Source: Ostrea edulis (taxonomy: Eukaryota). Taken from it: a stretch of 64,000 bases of DNA. Below are positions 25,445-38,340 of the stretch, in pieces. The stretch's first letter is position 1, and each line of letters begins with the position of its first letter. The notes beneath the pieces are model-generated. The model searched no databases and was not told the origin of the DNA. It was given only the letters and a program-made list of their open reading frames with translations. Position numbers and translations under genes: made by a program. The stretch spans positions 68,882,001 through 68,946,000 of the forward strand of contig NC_079171.1 in the NCBI RefSeq assembly GCF_947568905.1, read 5' to 3'.

Positions 25445-25745
25445 GATCACCCCGATGGTTTGGAGGTAAAGTGTTTGCCTCGCAAGCGGAACATTGGGGC
25501 TCAAATCCCAGCAGAGACAGGGGATGCTTGTTCCTCCTGGGCACCTGATCCCACCTCCGGTGTGTCCAGGGGTCCGTGTTTGCCCAACTATCTATTTTGT
25601 ATTGCTTGTAGGAGTTGTGGGATTGATCACAGTTCGTTATATTCACCGTGCACTTAAGTCGTTAAAACAGTTCTGTCACCAAACCCTCAGCATCAAATGT
25701 GAATATCACTGGTCCTCGGATATAACCTTAAAAACGAATGTCAAA
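25445..25745 (+). mobile_element. SINE (12601 family) split by a Naiad 3' tail (~25519-25662)
   Basis: tRNA-like head ...gctcaaatcccagcagagacag, then the Naiad tail, then the SINE resumes with cttaagtcgttaaaacag...aatgtgaatatcactggtcctcgg. Confidence 0.65.
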
Positions 25746-27819
25746 TGGTTAGATAATGAGCATTCCTTAAATGCATGGAATACTCTTTAAAGTATCAACA
25801 CTGTCCACAAATTGCTAAATGTGGCTATCAAAGCAGAATTGTATGCAAGTACCAATTTTACGAGTTTGATGGGGAAACGGAGAATACTGTGCTTTATGAC
25901 GTTTTGGTATTTGTCTTTATTAAAGATATTGATGAATGTATATTAAATACAACTCTGCTGGCTAAAAAAATGTTAACCTACCTACCAACGCTCCTCTGAA
26001 ATCTAGTATCAGGAATGGGGAAACAAACATTTTTTTGGAAAATAGTTAAACTGTCGGCAACTGACAACTGGCAACTACTCAAAATACTTAGGGGTTTCTT
26101 TAGTAATGCATAACATATAGTTCACATTACCCTGATATAAACAGCTAGGTAACTAGGTCACCGTCACAATGAGTATTTGCATGATATACAATGCAGCATT
26201 GATGCATTTTGTACGTGTAGCAGTCACCCAGTCAAATGATGATCACGCTCGCTGTTACTTTACTAGCTTGATCAAGAGAGAGACTCTATAACATCACCAC
26301 AGAAGATAGCTCACTAGAGAGACAGTATAAGTTTCATCTTATAAGGTTCCCTACGCACCCTCTACTCGGGGAAGCTTTGCCACGATGCTTAGCGTTAGTC
26401 CGTTCTGAGTTTCTGACTCCTGCTTAGTAACGACATCCACTGTTCCTTGCGACGATAGCCCGCGTTCCCGGACGAAGCCACGTCCGTGTCTACATATCCG
26501 AAAATACTTTAACTGAAGCAAGCCCCCTAGCAGACACCAAGAGCCACAACGCTGTCACCAATTTGACAAAAAAAGCCACCTCTCATTCTTTTGCAGTCAC
26601 TGTTATTTGTAACTGTGTTATAGCTACGTTTCGCTCCTTTATGATATTATATTTATACATGATCTTGTCCTTGAGCTCACAAACAATGGACTTCAACTCC
26701 CTGTGACTAGTCAGCTCTTATGTAAGGAGAACCTCTATGTTTCAATGTTGTTCCTCTTGCATTATCCAGCTCCCTCTGTAGCTGGTCATCCCTATTTTCC
26801 AGAGGAAACATGCGATCTTGAATGATTGACATCTGATGAACATCTGATTGGTATGGGTGTCTTCTTTTTCAGCCTCGATGACTTCATATTGATGAAACTG
26901 TTACAGGTTGACCGGGTTGGCTTCCAGGTTTGACAATAAAAAAAAAGAAGATTTCAAACGTTTTCATTTTATATTACATATATATTGTACATTGTCATTC
27001 TCCACTGCTGGTTCAGTTATTCGTAACTAGCAATGTTTACATTTGGTTCAGTTTACATTAACTGTAACTTACACACTTTAGAATCAATATGAACTACATT
27101 CACATTGTGATACTAAAAATACAAGAGCTATACGAATACGTTCTACTCACTATTATTTCCTAAATAAATACACACTATACAGACAAAATAAGTTATCAAC
27201 ACTTTAAAACAACAGTTAACCCAGAACCGTAAAATTAACAAGAGAAAATGTAAAAGTAAAATGCTTTACTCACCTCAGACGTCGTGTATGTACGGATTTC
27301 TAACTTTAACTTAGGAGTTTGACAAAAAGAGAATTTGCAGGAACTCGTACTACTGTATTGCGTGGAACACGATCCGAAGAGAGTGAACTCCTCAACTCAG
27401 GTGAATAAATACAGGTATCGAGGGGTTCTCTGAAGGGTGTTTGACTAGAGGGGTCCTCTACAGCATAACTGAAAACACTGTACAAATATGTAACACCGTA
27501 AATGTGACAGAGACATCTCGTTGAACTTCTCTGTCATCCCTGAGCTTTAGTTTGCTTTAATTTCCTCAGAGACCCTGCAATATTTGTTTTTCAGTTTTGC
27601 CATGAAATAGACATCCTCCATTAGCTTTTTGTTCAGTTTTCTCTAACATAGCCTTAATTTCGCTCTTAGAGTCCCCCTCCTCCTAACATTGTTGACCCAG
27701 CTCTATTATTTTCTTCCACGCGTCATCTGCTTATCCCGAACTTCGTTATGTTCACGATTTATTGCTGTGAAATGTACCACTTTTTCACTTCTTTGCTTCA
27801 ATTGTGAAATATCCCCTTT

Positions 27820-27967
27820 CAAAGATGATACATTTGGCTATATTTAGCTCTAAAACTTCATAGTTATTTCGGATTTCAAACATTTCGGTTGAGCATCACT
27901 GAAGATACATTATTTGTCGAAATGTGCATCTGGTGCATCAACATTGTTACCGTATAAGTTTTACATT
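27820..27967 (+). ncRNA. Truncated hammerhead repeat copy (HHR 27892-27936)
   Basis: gcatcactgaagatacattatttgtcgaaatgtgcatctggtgc. Confidence 0.8.
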
Positions 27968-30900
27968 ATCCTGCTGTTCTTCACAGTGTCCTAACTTCCT
28001 TTCGATATTCACTGATTGCTTTTTTTCCCTCCACATATTCCCCCTCATCTAATTTCAGTTTACCCCCCCCCCCCCCTCGTTTTCTTGCATTCAAATTGTT
28101 TCCTGGCTTTTCTAGATTTTTCCGACACTCATGACTTGATTGGTTTTCTATTCCTGTTGAGATTTCAATAGGTTACCAGAATGTGTATCTACTGTTTCCC
28201 ACAAGATGTTTTTTTTTCTTTTTTATTGTTTTTTATAGATATATTATAAACATATAATTTACATATTTTTATTATAAAGGTAATCACATTTATTATCTCT
28301 CAAATTCCATTCGTTTTCTGCATCATTGTTTCGTGTTAGGGTGATATCCTATTCATATATTATGGCACAGCCTACACGCATTTTATCCCTTATTGGTACA
28401 ATGCAAACAAGTCACGTACACATTTGTCACCAATAGTGAATTCCAGATCAGCGATTCCCATCTTCAACATGTTGATGTATTTTGTTTTGCAACACCGAAA
28501 TGCATTTCTAAGCTGTAGTCCGCTAACAGCTGGAATGGAGGACTATATATTATGACTTGGCTCCCTCATTGATGTCAGCTTTCACTCTGCATTTGTTGAT
28601 ATCTAGTGGAATTTTCGCTGTGGTTGCTTTACTTCCCCTTATCACAATGTCATCTCGTTTTGAAACTAGAGTACAATATCGTGTCTTTAACTTCAAACAG
28701 ATTCATCTAATCGTTATTATGTTACTGTTTCTGAGGTTCAGTGAATCATGACATCATTGAGTCGTTCATACTGATTATAATCCTCACACATCACCTGTTT
28801 GATATTTGCAATGTTCTGCATTTTATCTTTGCAGCATTAATATCATACGATCATACTCACTGCACTCTCTGGTCATTTAGCCCATTAGATAAATATCCGA
28901 TTGCAACTTCCGCTGTCAACTTTTCACCTACGAGTACTTGTTATCCTTTGTTCTTCATATGTTGATAACATTTTGCCTGTTAATAAGGAATGTCTATTTG
29001 AGTTTGCCGTCCACATTTTGAGCAACAATTCCAACGTATTTCAACTATCACATACTAGTACAATGTATATAATTGATTGATCACTGTTAGTTATGTTCAC
29101 CTTGCATTATAGAACTTTACAAATACTAAGTGGATTGTAGGGGGAATTTTTCTTTTCATGAAGTTGAAATAGTTATAAATTAAACAAGAACATTTCGGAA
29201 TGAATAGAAATAAGTACATGCAATTGTAGGGCAAACAATTTTTTTTTAATGGCCTTACGGGCAATTTATTATTGGGGGTGTATCAAAAGTGAGTGGTATA
29301 TGAACGTCTTCTCCTTCACCCAAATAAAAAAGGACTGGATCCACCGTTGCCATTCAACCAATAGCAAACAAATTAAGGATATCTATTTAGAACATGACCA
29401 ATGTTTTTTCAATATTTTCTAGGTTCATGGGAGGATGCAACACTTTTTGAAGGGGGGGGGGGCAGGGTGATCCCATACTCCTACATAAAATCATACAAAC
29501 AGGGAGGCAAAAATACTCCTTTTGATGATTTATTTAACATAATTCCTTTAGAAAATAGCCCGAAAATGGTAAACGAAAGTTCGCTGGAATCTTCCGATAA
29601 TCTCAAATTGAAACCTCACATGTGACTTATCGTATAAATTGAAATAGAATATACCTCCCCTCACTCATACATGAACATGCTTTGTGGTATACATTTTGTT
29701 TGTAAATATGTAAGCATTGTTGTGTGGATGGGTAAGTAGTGAATGTAAACAGATGAAAGCAAATGAGAGTAACTCTATCTAGCGAGTAGAATTAGTGCAG
29801 ATATTGCCGAGTGATATTGAACTACTTTTTTATTCAAATGCATTAGACATCCATTTCATAGATTATAGTAGCCACTCTCTTTTTAAAAGTGGATAGGATC
29901 CAACCCATACCCACCCTCCTTGATGTATTGCCCTAAACTAAGTTATTATTATCACTATGGTAACTATTCGAGGGTCAATTTTGTTGTAAATAAGTACATT
30001 TCTGAGTCAAGTTTTATTGGACTTCTAATTTGTGTCATGGATGTTGATTATTACTTTTGTAACGTGTGTCTAGCCTAGCGGCCACTATTTATCTGTGGAC
30101 ACGTACCCGGTTAAACCCGGGATTCTGCAGTGCATATGATTTACAGGAATGCCTGTTGTCTACAAGGCAAGAAACGAACTCATTAAATATATTTACGATG
30201 ATTATTTCAGCCAATTTACCTAATCAATATATTTACTACGATTCGTATTTCAAAATCAGGATATAATTCAACAAGGATTTAACCTAACCTTTTACTTCCC
30301 TAAATCCAATGTCCCCGGACAATTGACCCTTACCAATGGTTCAGACTACCGACCTGAAGTTTCTTACTAGATGGTGTCTCCAGCTCACTTTGACACTGGG
30401 GTACATACTTATTCAGCCTTTATTGCCAAGTGCTAAAGCTACGATGGTTGATCAGTTAGCCTACCGACACTATAAGGTTTATTCAGCCCTAACGTAGCTA
30501 ACCTACACTATAAGGTTACAAAAGATCGGCTTATTCAGCTTCTCTTATGGTGTTCTTTTCTACACAGCTGCGGATATCAGACTGACTGATCTGCGGTCGA
30601 CCGCTGTATATATAGCATTGACCCAGTCCATTTCACTGTAGGGAAAACAGGTTATCACCATGGCAAAACCCCATACCACCCGAGTTTCTTTGATTGGTAT
30701 AACCTGGTTCATCACATCACACACCCCTTAAAGTCATACGTTTCGTATGAAAGCAACAACGAGTAACAGTTGATTTTTCTTTACTTATCATTGGTACACA
30801 ATTAAATAGGGAAACAAGAATATATTTCTATATGTCAAGTTTGCGCATTCTCAATATTTTACACAGCTCATGGTTTACAATAATTTCTTTTTTTCAATCT

Positions 30901-31008
30901 TTTTGATCTTCCGACCTTCTTCAACCCATCTGGTGACTATCTTCACACTTTCTGTAAAGTAAACGGGGTCAGTCTGACACTCTTTGTGTTGGACTGATGG
31001 TTTATCCA

Positions 31009-31484
31009 CTATGGGCTCACAAGACAGGCAGGGGCAAAAACAGGCATGGGCCTAGTTTGTTTCCAGAAGAGTCTACCTTCTTCAATCTGCGGATCGCCAT
31101 TGCTCGGAGGTGCCTTCTTACTCTTTTTTTCACCCATGTCTCCATTGTCACTTTCACTCTCAATTATATCTTCGGGAAGTACCCCTTGAAGATATCAAGG
31201 ATCCTGTCTAACCCAAGATTATGTATCAGACTCGTGACTTTCACAGTGAGCTTTACTTCGAACTGCTCCTACCTCACCACCATTGTCTTCATCAATATCA
31301 TGCTGTCTCTTGAGATGTCTTCTCAGATTCTTGAAAGTCGTAGAGCTGAAATCGCAGTAATTGCAGAATAGAAGTCCCTTACTACATTCAGCGATGTGTG
31401 TTACTAATTCTTCATCTTTAATGAACCGGTAAGGACAGAATGGACATTTCTGCCCTTATTTACAGTAATCTTTGTCTTTGGCAT
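31009..31484 (-). pseudogene. Extra Gypsy ORF downstream of pol, with tandem C2HC and C2H2 zinc fingers
   Basis: Acceptor ttttgtttag at 31491, then MPKTKITVNKG, a 1-nt frameshift, KCPFCPYRFIKDEELVTHIAEC-SKGLL-FCNYCDFSSTTFKNLRRHLKRQH, then an acidic tail with two stops. Confidence 0.75.
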
Positions 31485-31584
31485 CGTAACCTAAACAAAA
31501 TATAAAGCAGATGTTAAACTATCTGTCTAACAAGCAAACGCACTAATCTAACTGTACACAATTATTTATTTCCAAAGCAAGAGC

Positions 31585-32915
31585 TTAATCTCTTATATAG
31601 TCTGACATCCACCTTGGAGGACGTATCTCCCTTTTAGTTGGGTCTAGTGACCGCATGCCAATTTGACCCTTTGGTTCCAAAACTAACTCTGATATTTCGT
31701 CATCTACCTTCTGATCCGCACTCTCAAAGTGATATTTTACATCAGATACCCCTGACAATATCTTCGTGGTCTTTGGTGATCAGGTCTTCCGACAGTCTGT
31801 TGGAATTTCCATGGGCACGAATTGTGCCCCTTTGTTAGCTGACCTGTTTTTATATTCATATGAAGCAGAATTTATTCAAAAACTTCTACGTGAGAAGAAA
31901 AAAATATCTCACTGTGACCTTCAATTCGACTTTTAGATATATCGATAACGTTTTGTCTATTAACAATGATAGCTTTCATTCATATGTCGATTTGATATAG
32001 CCCTGTAAGCTCGAAATAAAGGACACCACAGAATCGTCCACTTCTGCTTCATACTTAGATATTTTATTGAAAGTAGACATTAACGGCAAACTAGCAATTC
32101 AACTGTATGACAAACGGGATGATTTCAGCTTCTCCATCGTCAACTTCCCACATTTATGTAGCAATATTCCATTATCACCTGCATATGGTGTTTATATATC
32201 TCAACTGATTCGATATGCAAGAGCTTGTTCTGAGTATAGTCAGATTTAAATCCAGGTAAGCTACTGACAAACAAGTTGATGGTACAGGGATTTCAATAGT
32301 CTCGACTGAAGTCAGCATTTCGCAAATTCTATGGTCGTTATAACGATCTAGTTCGTCAATACAACCTCGCATTGGGTCAAATGCTGTCTGACGTGTTTCA
32401 TACCGATTGTTAAGCCGTTCTTGGCACACTGATTTTGACTGCGGATAACTCCGTTTACCTGATCAGGATATGGGGCTCACGGCGGGTGTAACCGGTCCTC
32501 CTAGGCACCTGATCCCACCTCTGGTGTGCCCAGGGGTCCGTGTTTGCCCAACTATATATTTGTATTGCTTGTAGGAGTTATGAGATTGATCACTGTTCGT
32601 TATCTTCACCTTGCATACCTTACATTCAAAGGTATCTTTCAGACTTCCTTTATCAACTAATTCATCTAGTCCACAGGATTTAGTTTCTCCCCTTAAAAGC
32701 TGGGGATGTTTGAATCTGATCCTATCTACGTGGACAAATTGTTCTCTAAACTTTTGTCCACAATCCACCCTATAGTTTAATTCTGAACATTTGCCCAATA
32801 TCTTGTACGGACCATGCCAGAATGAGATACGTTTTGCGGATCTTCCTATCTTCCTAACCGGAAAGTATACAAAAACGATATCACCAGGATCAAACTTTTC
32901 AAAGCTAAGCTTTCG
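31585..32915 (-). pseudogene. Gypsy pol C-terminus (integrase GPY/F region), split by a Naiad insertion
   Basis: HDRKLSFEKFDPGDIVFVYFPVRKIGRSAKRISFWHGPYKILGKCSELNYRVDCGQKFREQFVHVDRIR...TFECKV|SDVKYHF...TKREIRPPRWMSDYIRD*. The frame is continuous once 31751-32619 is removed. Confidence 0.85.
31751..32614 (+). mobile_element. Naiad-type Penelope-like element, 5'-truncated (RT C-terminal half plus 3' UTR)
   Basis: QSVGISMGTNCAPLLADLFLYSYE, FRYIDN and YDKRDDFSFSIVNFPHLCSNIPLSPAYGVYISQLIRYARAC; TSD ATACC at 31746-31750 and 32615-32619. Confidence 0.9.
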
Positions 32916-33879
32916 ATCATGCGGTCACTATTTATCTGTTGACACGTACCCGCTTACACCCGGGCTTATGCAATGCATATGATTTACAGGAATGCCTGTT
33001 GTCCACAAGTCAAGAAACGAACTTATTCAATATATTTACGATGATTGATTCAGCCAATTTATCTAATCAATATATTTACTACGATTCGTATTTCAAAATC
33101 AAGATATAATTCAACAAGGATTTAACCTAACCCCTTACTTCCCTAAATTCAATGTCCCTGGACAATTGGCCCTTACCAATGGTTGATACTACCGACCTGA
33201 GGTTTCTTACCAGCTGATGTTTCCAGCTCACGTAGCCTTTTACTTACAAAAGATTGGCTTATTCAGCTTCTCTTATGGTGTAGGGAAAACAGGTTATCAC
33301 CATGGCAAAACCCCATACCACCCGAGTTTCTTTGATTGGCTTAACCTGATTCATCACACTGTTTATGATAGTCATACTATGATTAGGCATTACAGCTGAG
33401 TTAATGGTTATGGTTGTGAACCAAATCCATATATGTGGAAAGATCATAACTATCGTATGCCGAGTAGCAATAAAAAATGTTCCGTGTACTTAAATATTTA
33501 AGTTATATCGGGCGGCCGGAGCCAGCATGTAGAAACGACAAAAGCGGATGACTCAGGCAAGTTTTTCTGATCAAAGTTTGTCAATCGTTCCGTCTCTCTA
33601 TGATAGCTTCTTGTATTTTCGAGTTTTTCTACAGTACAAGTTGGTCACACCTAAGTAAACTAAACTCGCCACAAAGCATTTTGAAGTTTATTTGAGTGAA
33701 TCCCCTATTAAGGGAGTTTATTAAGAAATACCAATGATATGGTGAGATAATTTAAAACAACGTCGTCACTAGAAGCAGTGGGACTGGAAACTCGAACACC
33801 ATTTCAGAGCTTTCTCATGTAGTGAAGATTCAAGGTGATTCAATTCGAAAGTCGCACTTTTAAGATGTTTAAATGTTTT

Positions 33880-34560
33880 ACATGGAAAACATAATTTAAA
33901 ATATTTCTCTCACATGCAATGTTACAACATGCCACATTAACATCCTCGAATAAAATCCAAATGTATAAATTCGAATCCAATCGCACGAGGTTAGGCTGGA
34001 TTCACAATGGGGGTACAACGTTTGGTACACAGAAGAATATAGGAAAAGAACCTTTAGATAATTTTCTTCTGAATAAGAAGAAAAAGACAAACATTGACAT
34101 GTAGTGTGGATTCACTTTTGTACAAATCATAGCCCAAGGAGCTAGGATGGGGGCCATAAAGGGGTTGAAAGATTTACATTGAAATGTTAAGGAAATAATC
34201 ACATTTACGTAAGTCAAGATCCCTAGGGCAGGGTCCGCCAAAAAGGGGATGGAAGGTCTATTCGAAAAATGTGTTGACAAAAAAGAACCTACGTTAAGAG
34301 GCTAAAAGATATTAAGTTTCGATAGGGCAATTATTTGGGGTTTCCAATAGCGAAACATAGACTTTCTTGGTACACTTGGAGGTGGCATCACTTGTCAGCA
34401 ACTCCTCTTACACCACTGAAAGCAATTCATTTAAATTTTCACAGAATCTTTATTACATAGTGCCATTTTGCAACTCTTAATCTATGTGTACATCAGATAG
34501 ATATTTGGTGCTTCCAGTAGCAACACTTTGCTATTTTAAATTCTTTAAAAAAAAGGTACG
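33880..34560. mobile_element. Degenerate bivalve Helentron/HINE (pearl/CvA-like) remnant
   Basis: cctttagataattttcttctgaa...atcatagcccaaggagctaggatgggggcc and caactcctcttacaccactg resemble core words of this family (recalled from memory, not searched). Confidence 0.3.
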
Positions 34561-36017
34561 ACACCAACTACTCGAAGCCTATTCAAAACGTTTCCCCGGG
34601 GTCAATGTGGAATCACATCAGGAGTCCGAGTTTAAATTGATTTATATATGGAACAAGTTCACCTTGATCATCCTTCTACAATGGAGCTTTGCAGGTAGTT
34701 AGTAATTGTAAAGCTCTATAACTATATACACTGTACTAATATGAAAGAGTTGAAGTACAGTGAAATTGTTGCTCAAAGTTTGGACGACAAACTCAAATTA
34801 ACATTCCTTATTAACATACAAGAAATTATCAAAATATGAACGTAAAACCTTAAAAACGGTATCATATCGACATGGTTAATTATCCTTATATAGAATTGCG
34901 ATAATATCGCTACGCATTTTAAATTGCAGCAAATATTATTACGCAAAAAGTTATCATCACATGATTAAAGTCAATAAAACTGGAAGAGGGTGGTAAAATC
35001 ATCCAAAATATATCGATTTTTTTCTGATCTCCTTGTACAAATCGACATTATTTTGACGTTATAAACATTTAATTGGAAGATGCAAGTAATTTTATTTTTG
35101 CAATGTTGAGGTATAACACAACAAAGGAAGCGGTTATACGTTTCCGTAGTTATATCCAGGGTCCGCATTTGCCCAGCTCTCTATCTTGTATTGCCAAATG
35201 GAGCTATGATATCAAGTGATTCGTTATCTGCACCTTTCAATCTGCATCATTGTCTGTATCTCCTACAAAACATTCATTTGTGTCATCATCTGTTATGGTA
35301 TCACTGTCATGAATCCCATGGCTTCTTGACTTTCCTGTTTCTGTTATAGGCTGACTGAGAATTTCATGTCCAGATACACTATCCTGTGTTTATATTTCAT
35401 CTTCCATTTCCTCCCTTTGAAGTGGATCTGTTTGTTTTCCAATGTTGTTCCCTTAAAAGCTTTGAGGTTCTACAGTGGATTGGGATGGAATTGTCTATTT
35501 CCCAAATCCATAATTTCCCCGTTTTTTTTTTTTTTTTTTTTGTTTGGTTTATTTAGAGATACAATTTATCTATCGGGGAAAAGAGGATTTGCAGCCATTT
35601 GGTCACCCTGGTTCTACACTATTCTCTGTTGATATTTAAGGTCCAAATAAACAAAAAAATAATTCCACTTCAAAGAAAACGACGTAGTTGTCTTTCATTT
35701 TTCTCTCCCAGTTAAGATTGATCATTTGCAAGAATAAAATACTATTATTACAATAAATCAATAGTAAAAAAAAAGTGTCCATGACCTCTGAAAGCTGCAA
35801 GAGCCTATTATTTTTTTAAACCGAACAACTTAACAACTTACTGCTGACAACTAACTCTGAGTCCTAACTCAAACTGCTAAAGGGATTCCGTATTTATACA
35901 TAGCATGTATTTTCCAAGACCCGGATGTAAATAACTAGATATCTAGGTCACCATTACTATGAGTATTTACATATAATATAAAGCAACATATATAATATAT
36001 AAGAAAACATATCAATT

Positions 36018-37014
36018 AAACAAGAAAAACAGACACATTCGTTATTTTACAAGATGTGCCACATTCTTAACATAATCATGTTTATTAACTAACAGTATCA
36101 TTAAACGTAGAAAATAACAATAATGTTGTATATATCTGTAAAAAAAAAAAATTACAACAAATATATACAGTAAACAAAATCAATCGGAGTGTCTATTAAA
36201 TAAAATCAATAGTAAACATAATCAATTGTAATATTGATGGTGCAGGGGTTTCAACAGTCTCAAAACCAATACTAGTGTATCATAAACAAACTATATGCTA
36301 GTGTTTAGTACAAAATAAATCCTACTATAAAGTAAGCAAACTCAAACCCTACTGTACAGTGAATAAAAGCAATCCTAGTGTCTTGCTGGTGGACTGTTAG
36401 TCCCCGAGGGTCTCTACGACCCAGTGACTAAGCAGTTCGTTACTAGCTTGAAAATACGGATGTACATTTAATTGATGTGAACAAATTTAGAAATTCATTT
36501 CAAATTAAGGATTATCTCCCTCATGCATAGCTCTTATCCTTAGACGAAATTGATTCAACTTTTTTTTGGTAATTTGTTTTCCCTAAAACAGTTCTAGCAC
36601 GTTTATTGTTATTTCGGATTTGAAACATTTCGGTTGAGCATCACTGGAGAGACACTATTTGTCGAAATGCGCATCTGATGCATCGAAATTGGCACCGTAT
36701 GTTTTACATACTTAACAAGATTATGTTTAGTGTAAAGAAACTCAATCCTAGTGTCATACTAAATTGATACTGATGTACAGTAAGCAAATGAATCCCAGTG
36801 TGTAGTAACTAAAATGAATATAAGAGTATTGGTTTTGAGACTGTTGAAACCCCTGCACCATCAATATTACAATTGATTATGTTTACTATTGATTTTATTT
36901 AATATACACTCCGATTGATTTTGTTTACTGTATATATTTGTTGTAATTTTTTTATGTAATGTTTATTAATTTATAGAGAAAATGCGGATTGGGTTGATTC
37001 TCGTGTTTATTGCC

Positions 37015-37057
<43 letters not shown>

Positions 37058-37173
37058 ATACAACATTATTGTCTTTTTCTACGTTTAATGATACTGTTAG
37101 TTAATAAACATGATTATGTTAAGAATGTGGCACATCTTGTAAAATAACGAATGTGTCTGTGTTGTTCTTGTTT
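36018..37173. repeat. Long inverted repeat (arms 36018-36273 and 36825-37173)
   Basis: The ~256-bp left arm is the near-identical reverse complement of the right arm, which carries an extra ~95-bp insert plus poly-T. Confidence 0.9.
36385..36708 (+). ncRNA. Near-full hammerhead repeat unit (HHR 36638-36681, core CTGGAGA mutated)
   Basis: gctggtggactgttagtccccgaggg...gcatcactggagagacactatttgtcgaaatgcgcatctgatgc. Confidence 0.8.
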
Positions 37174-37385
37174 TATGACCCCTCTGTTAGTCCTCGTTAG
37201 TTTCTACAGCTATGCGTGAGGGAGATAATCCTTAATTTAGAAATGAATTTGTAAATTTTATAACAACAATTAAATATGCATCCGTATGTCCAAGCTAGTA
37301 ACGAAGTACATAGCTAGTGTGCTGTAGAAACCATCGAGGACTAACAGCAGAGGCCTCAACCCAGGGGTCATAATATAAAATTTAT
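37174..37385 (-). repeat. Hammerhead-family fragment with internal inversion (no HHR retained)
   Basis: 37174-37210 is in + orientation (tatgacccc...ctgttagtcctcg...ctacag) and 37210-37385 is in - orientation. Confidence 0.7.
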
Positions 37386-37749
37386 ACTGAATCCAACTTT
37401 TCAAGATCGACATAGTTAATGTTAAACAATGTTAAATGATGTTTCAGAACAACATCGCTTATTAATAAATAATGCAGCAATTAAAATGGATATTGTCTCT
37501 ATTGAACTGGGCATTAACTTCGAATTTGTTTTTATACTTGCTAGGCGTTTCTTTGGTGATGTAGTCCTTCAATTTCATTCCCAAAATGTAATACATTTTT
37601 TTGGATGTACACCTACAACAATTTCATTTTCTCGAAATTGTCCAAAATTTCTAATATTTAAAGTAAAGATATCTTACCAAAGTTTATGTCATCAGGTGTG
37701 TAGTGGACATAGCTGAATTCATTGAACACAGGACAAAGTATCTAGGATG

Positions 37750-38340
37750 TACAAGCACCCCCTGTCTTAATAGAAACTCTATGTTAACTTCACTTTTTCA
37801 AGAACCACATCAGACAAAAGCCTTCGAAATGACATATTGTGTATGTTTATAATATTGGAATAATAGTCATAACAAGCTACATTATATCCATTTTAATTCA
37901 GATTGTTGAAACTTCTGTTACATAAATTATCAAAATCCATTGATTGGGCAGTAACCTCTCACAAAATTGAGGTGTTAGTCTGCCGATTTCCAATTATATA
38001 TACAGATACGAAGCAGACTAAGTGGTATCGATTGTTGTTCATATATCTAATGTTAAGTTAAAGGTCACATCATTTTTGAATCACGTCACAAAATTTATTC
38101 AAACCAGATCTCCAGTAGTTTGAAGTGCAAACAGGACAAACTATATCATTCAACTTTGGCAGCTGTATCAGACCATATTTAGCATGTAGCCTATATAAGA
38201 CTCTGATTAAGCACGACTTACTACATACAGACAAGTATATGATGCTCTATTTTGTTTCTGGTGTATTTTTAAAGAATTTTGATATTGATATTACATTTTA
38301 TCATTCTGACAAGGATTCGGCTTCGATATCATGCTAGATA
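37750..38340 (+). pseudogene. Decayed LRR remnant
   Basis: LNRNSM, NSHNKLHYIH and KSIDWAVTSHKIEVL motifs in different frames. Confidence 0.3.

Larger units (their letters stand above)
30077..33358 (-). mobile_element. Internally deleted Gypsy LTR retrotransposon
   Basis: Direct repeats 30077-30716 and 32920-33358 (minus strand TGTGATGAA...GACCGCA); PPT-like TAAGGGGTG before the 3' LTR; integrase C-terminus follows the 5' LTR directly. No TSD found. Confidence 0.85.

Noticed and set aside
25445-25665. Novel chimeric SINE-head/Naiad-tail element
   Set aside because: The SINE body resumes right after the tail, so this is a nested insertion.
30997-31371. 124-aa plus-strand ORF
   Set aside because: Antisense to the zinc-finger ORF of the Gypsy element; no recognisable features of its own.
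32430-32614. SECIS element in the Naiad 3' UTR (selenoprotein Naiads are known)
   Set aside because: No convincing AUGA/AA/GA kink-turn arrangement seen by eye; the in-frame stops here are TAG/TAA, not TGA. SECISearch would be decisive.
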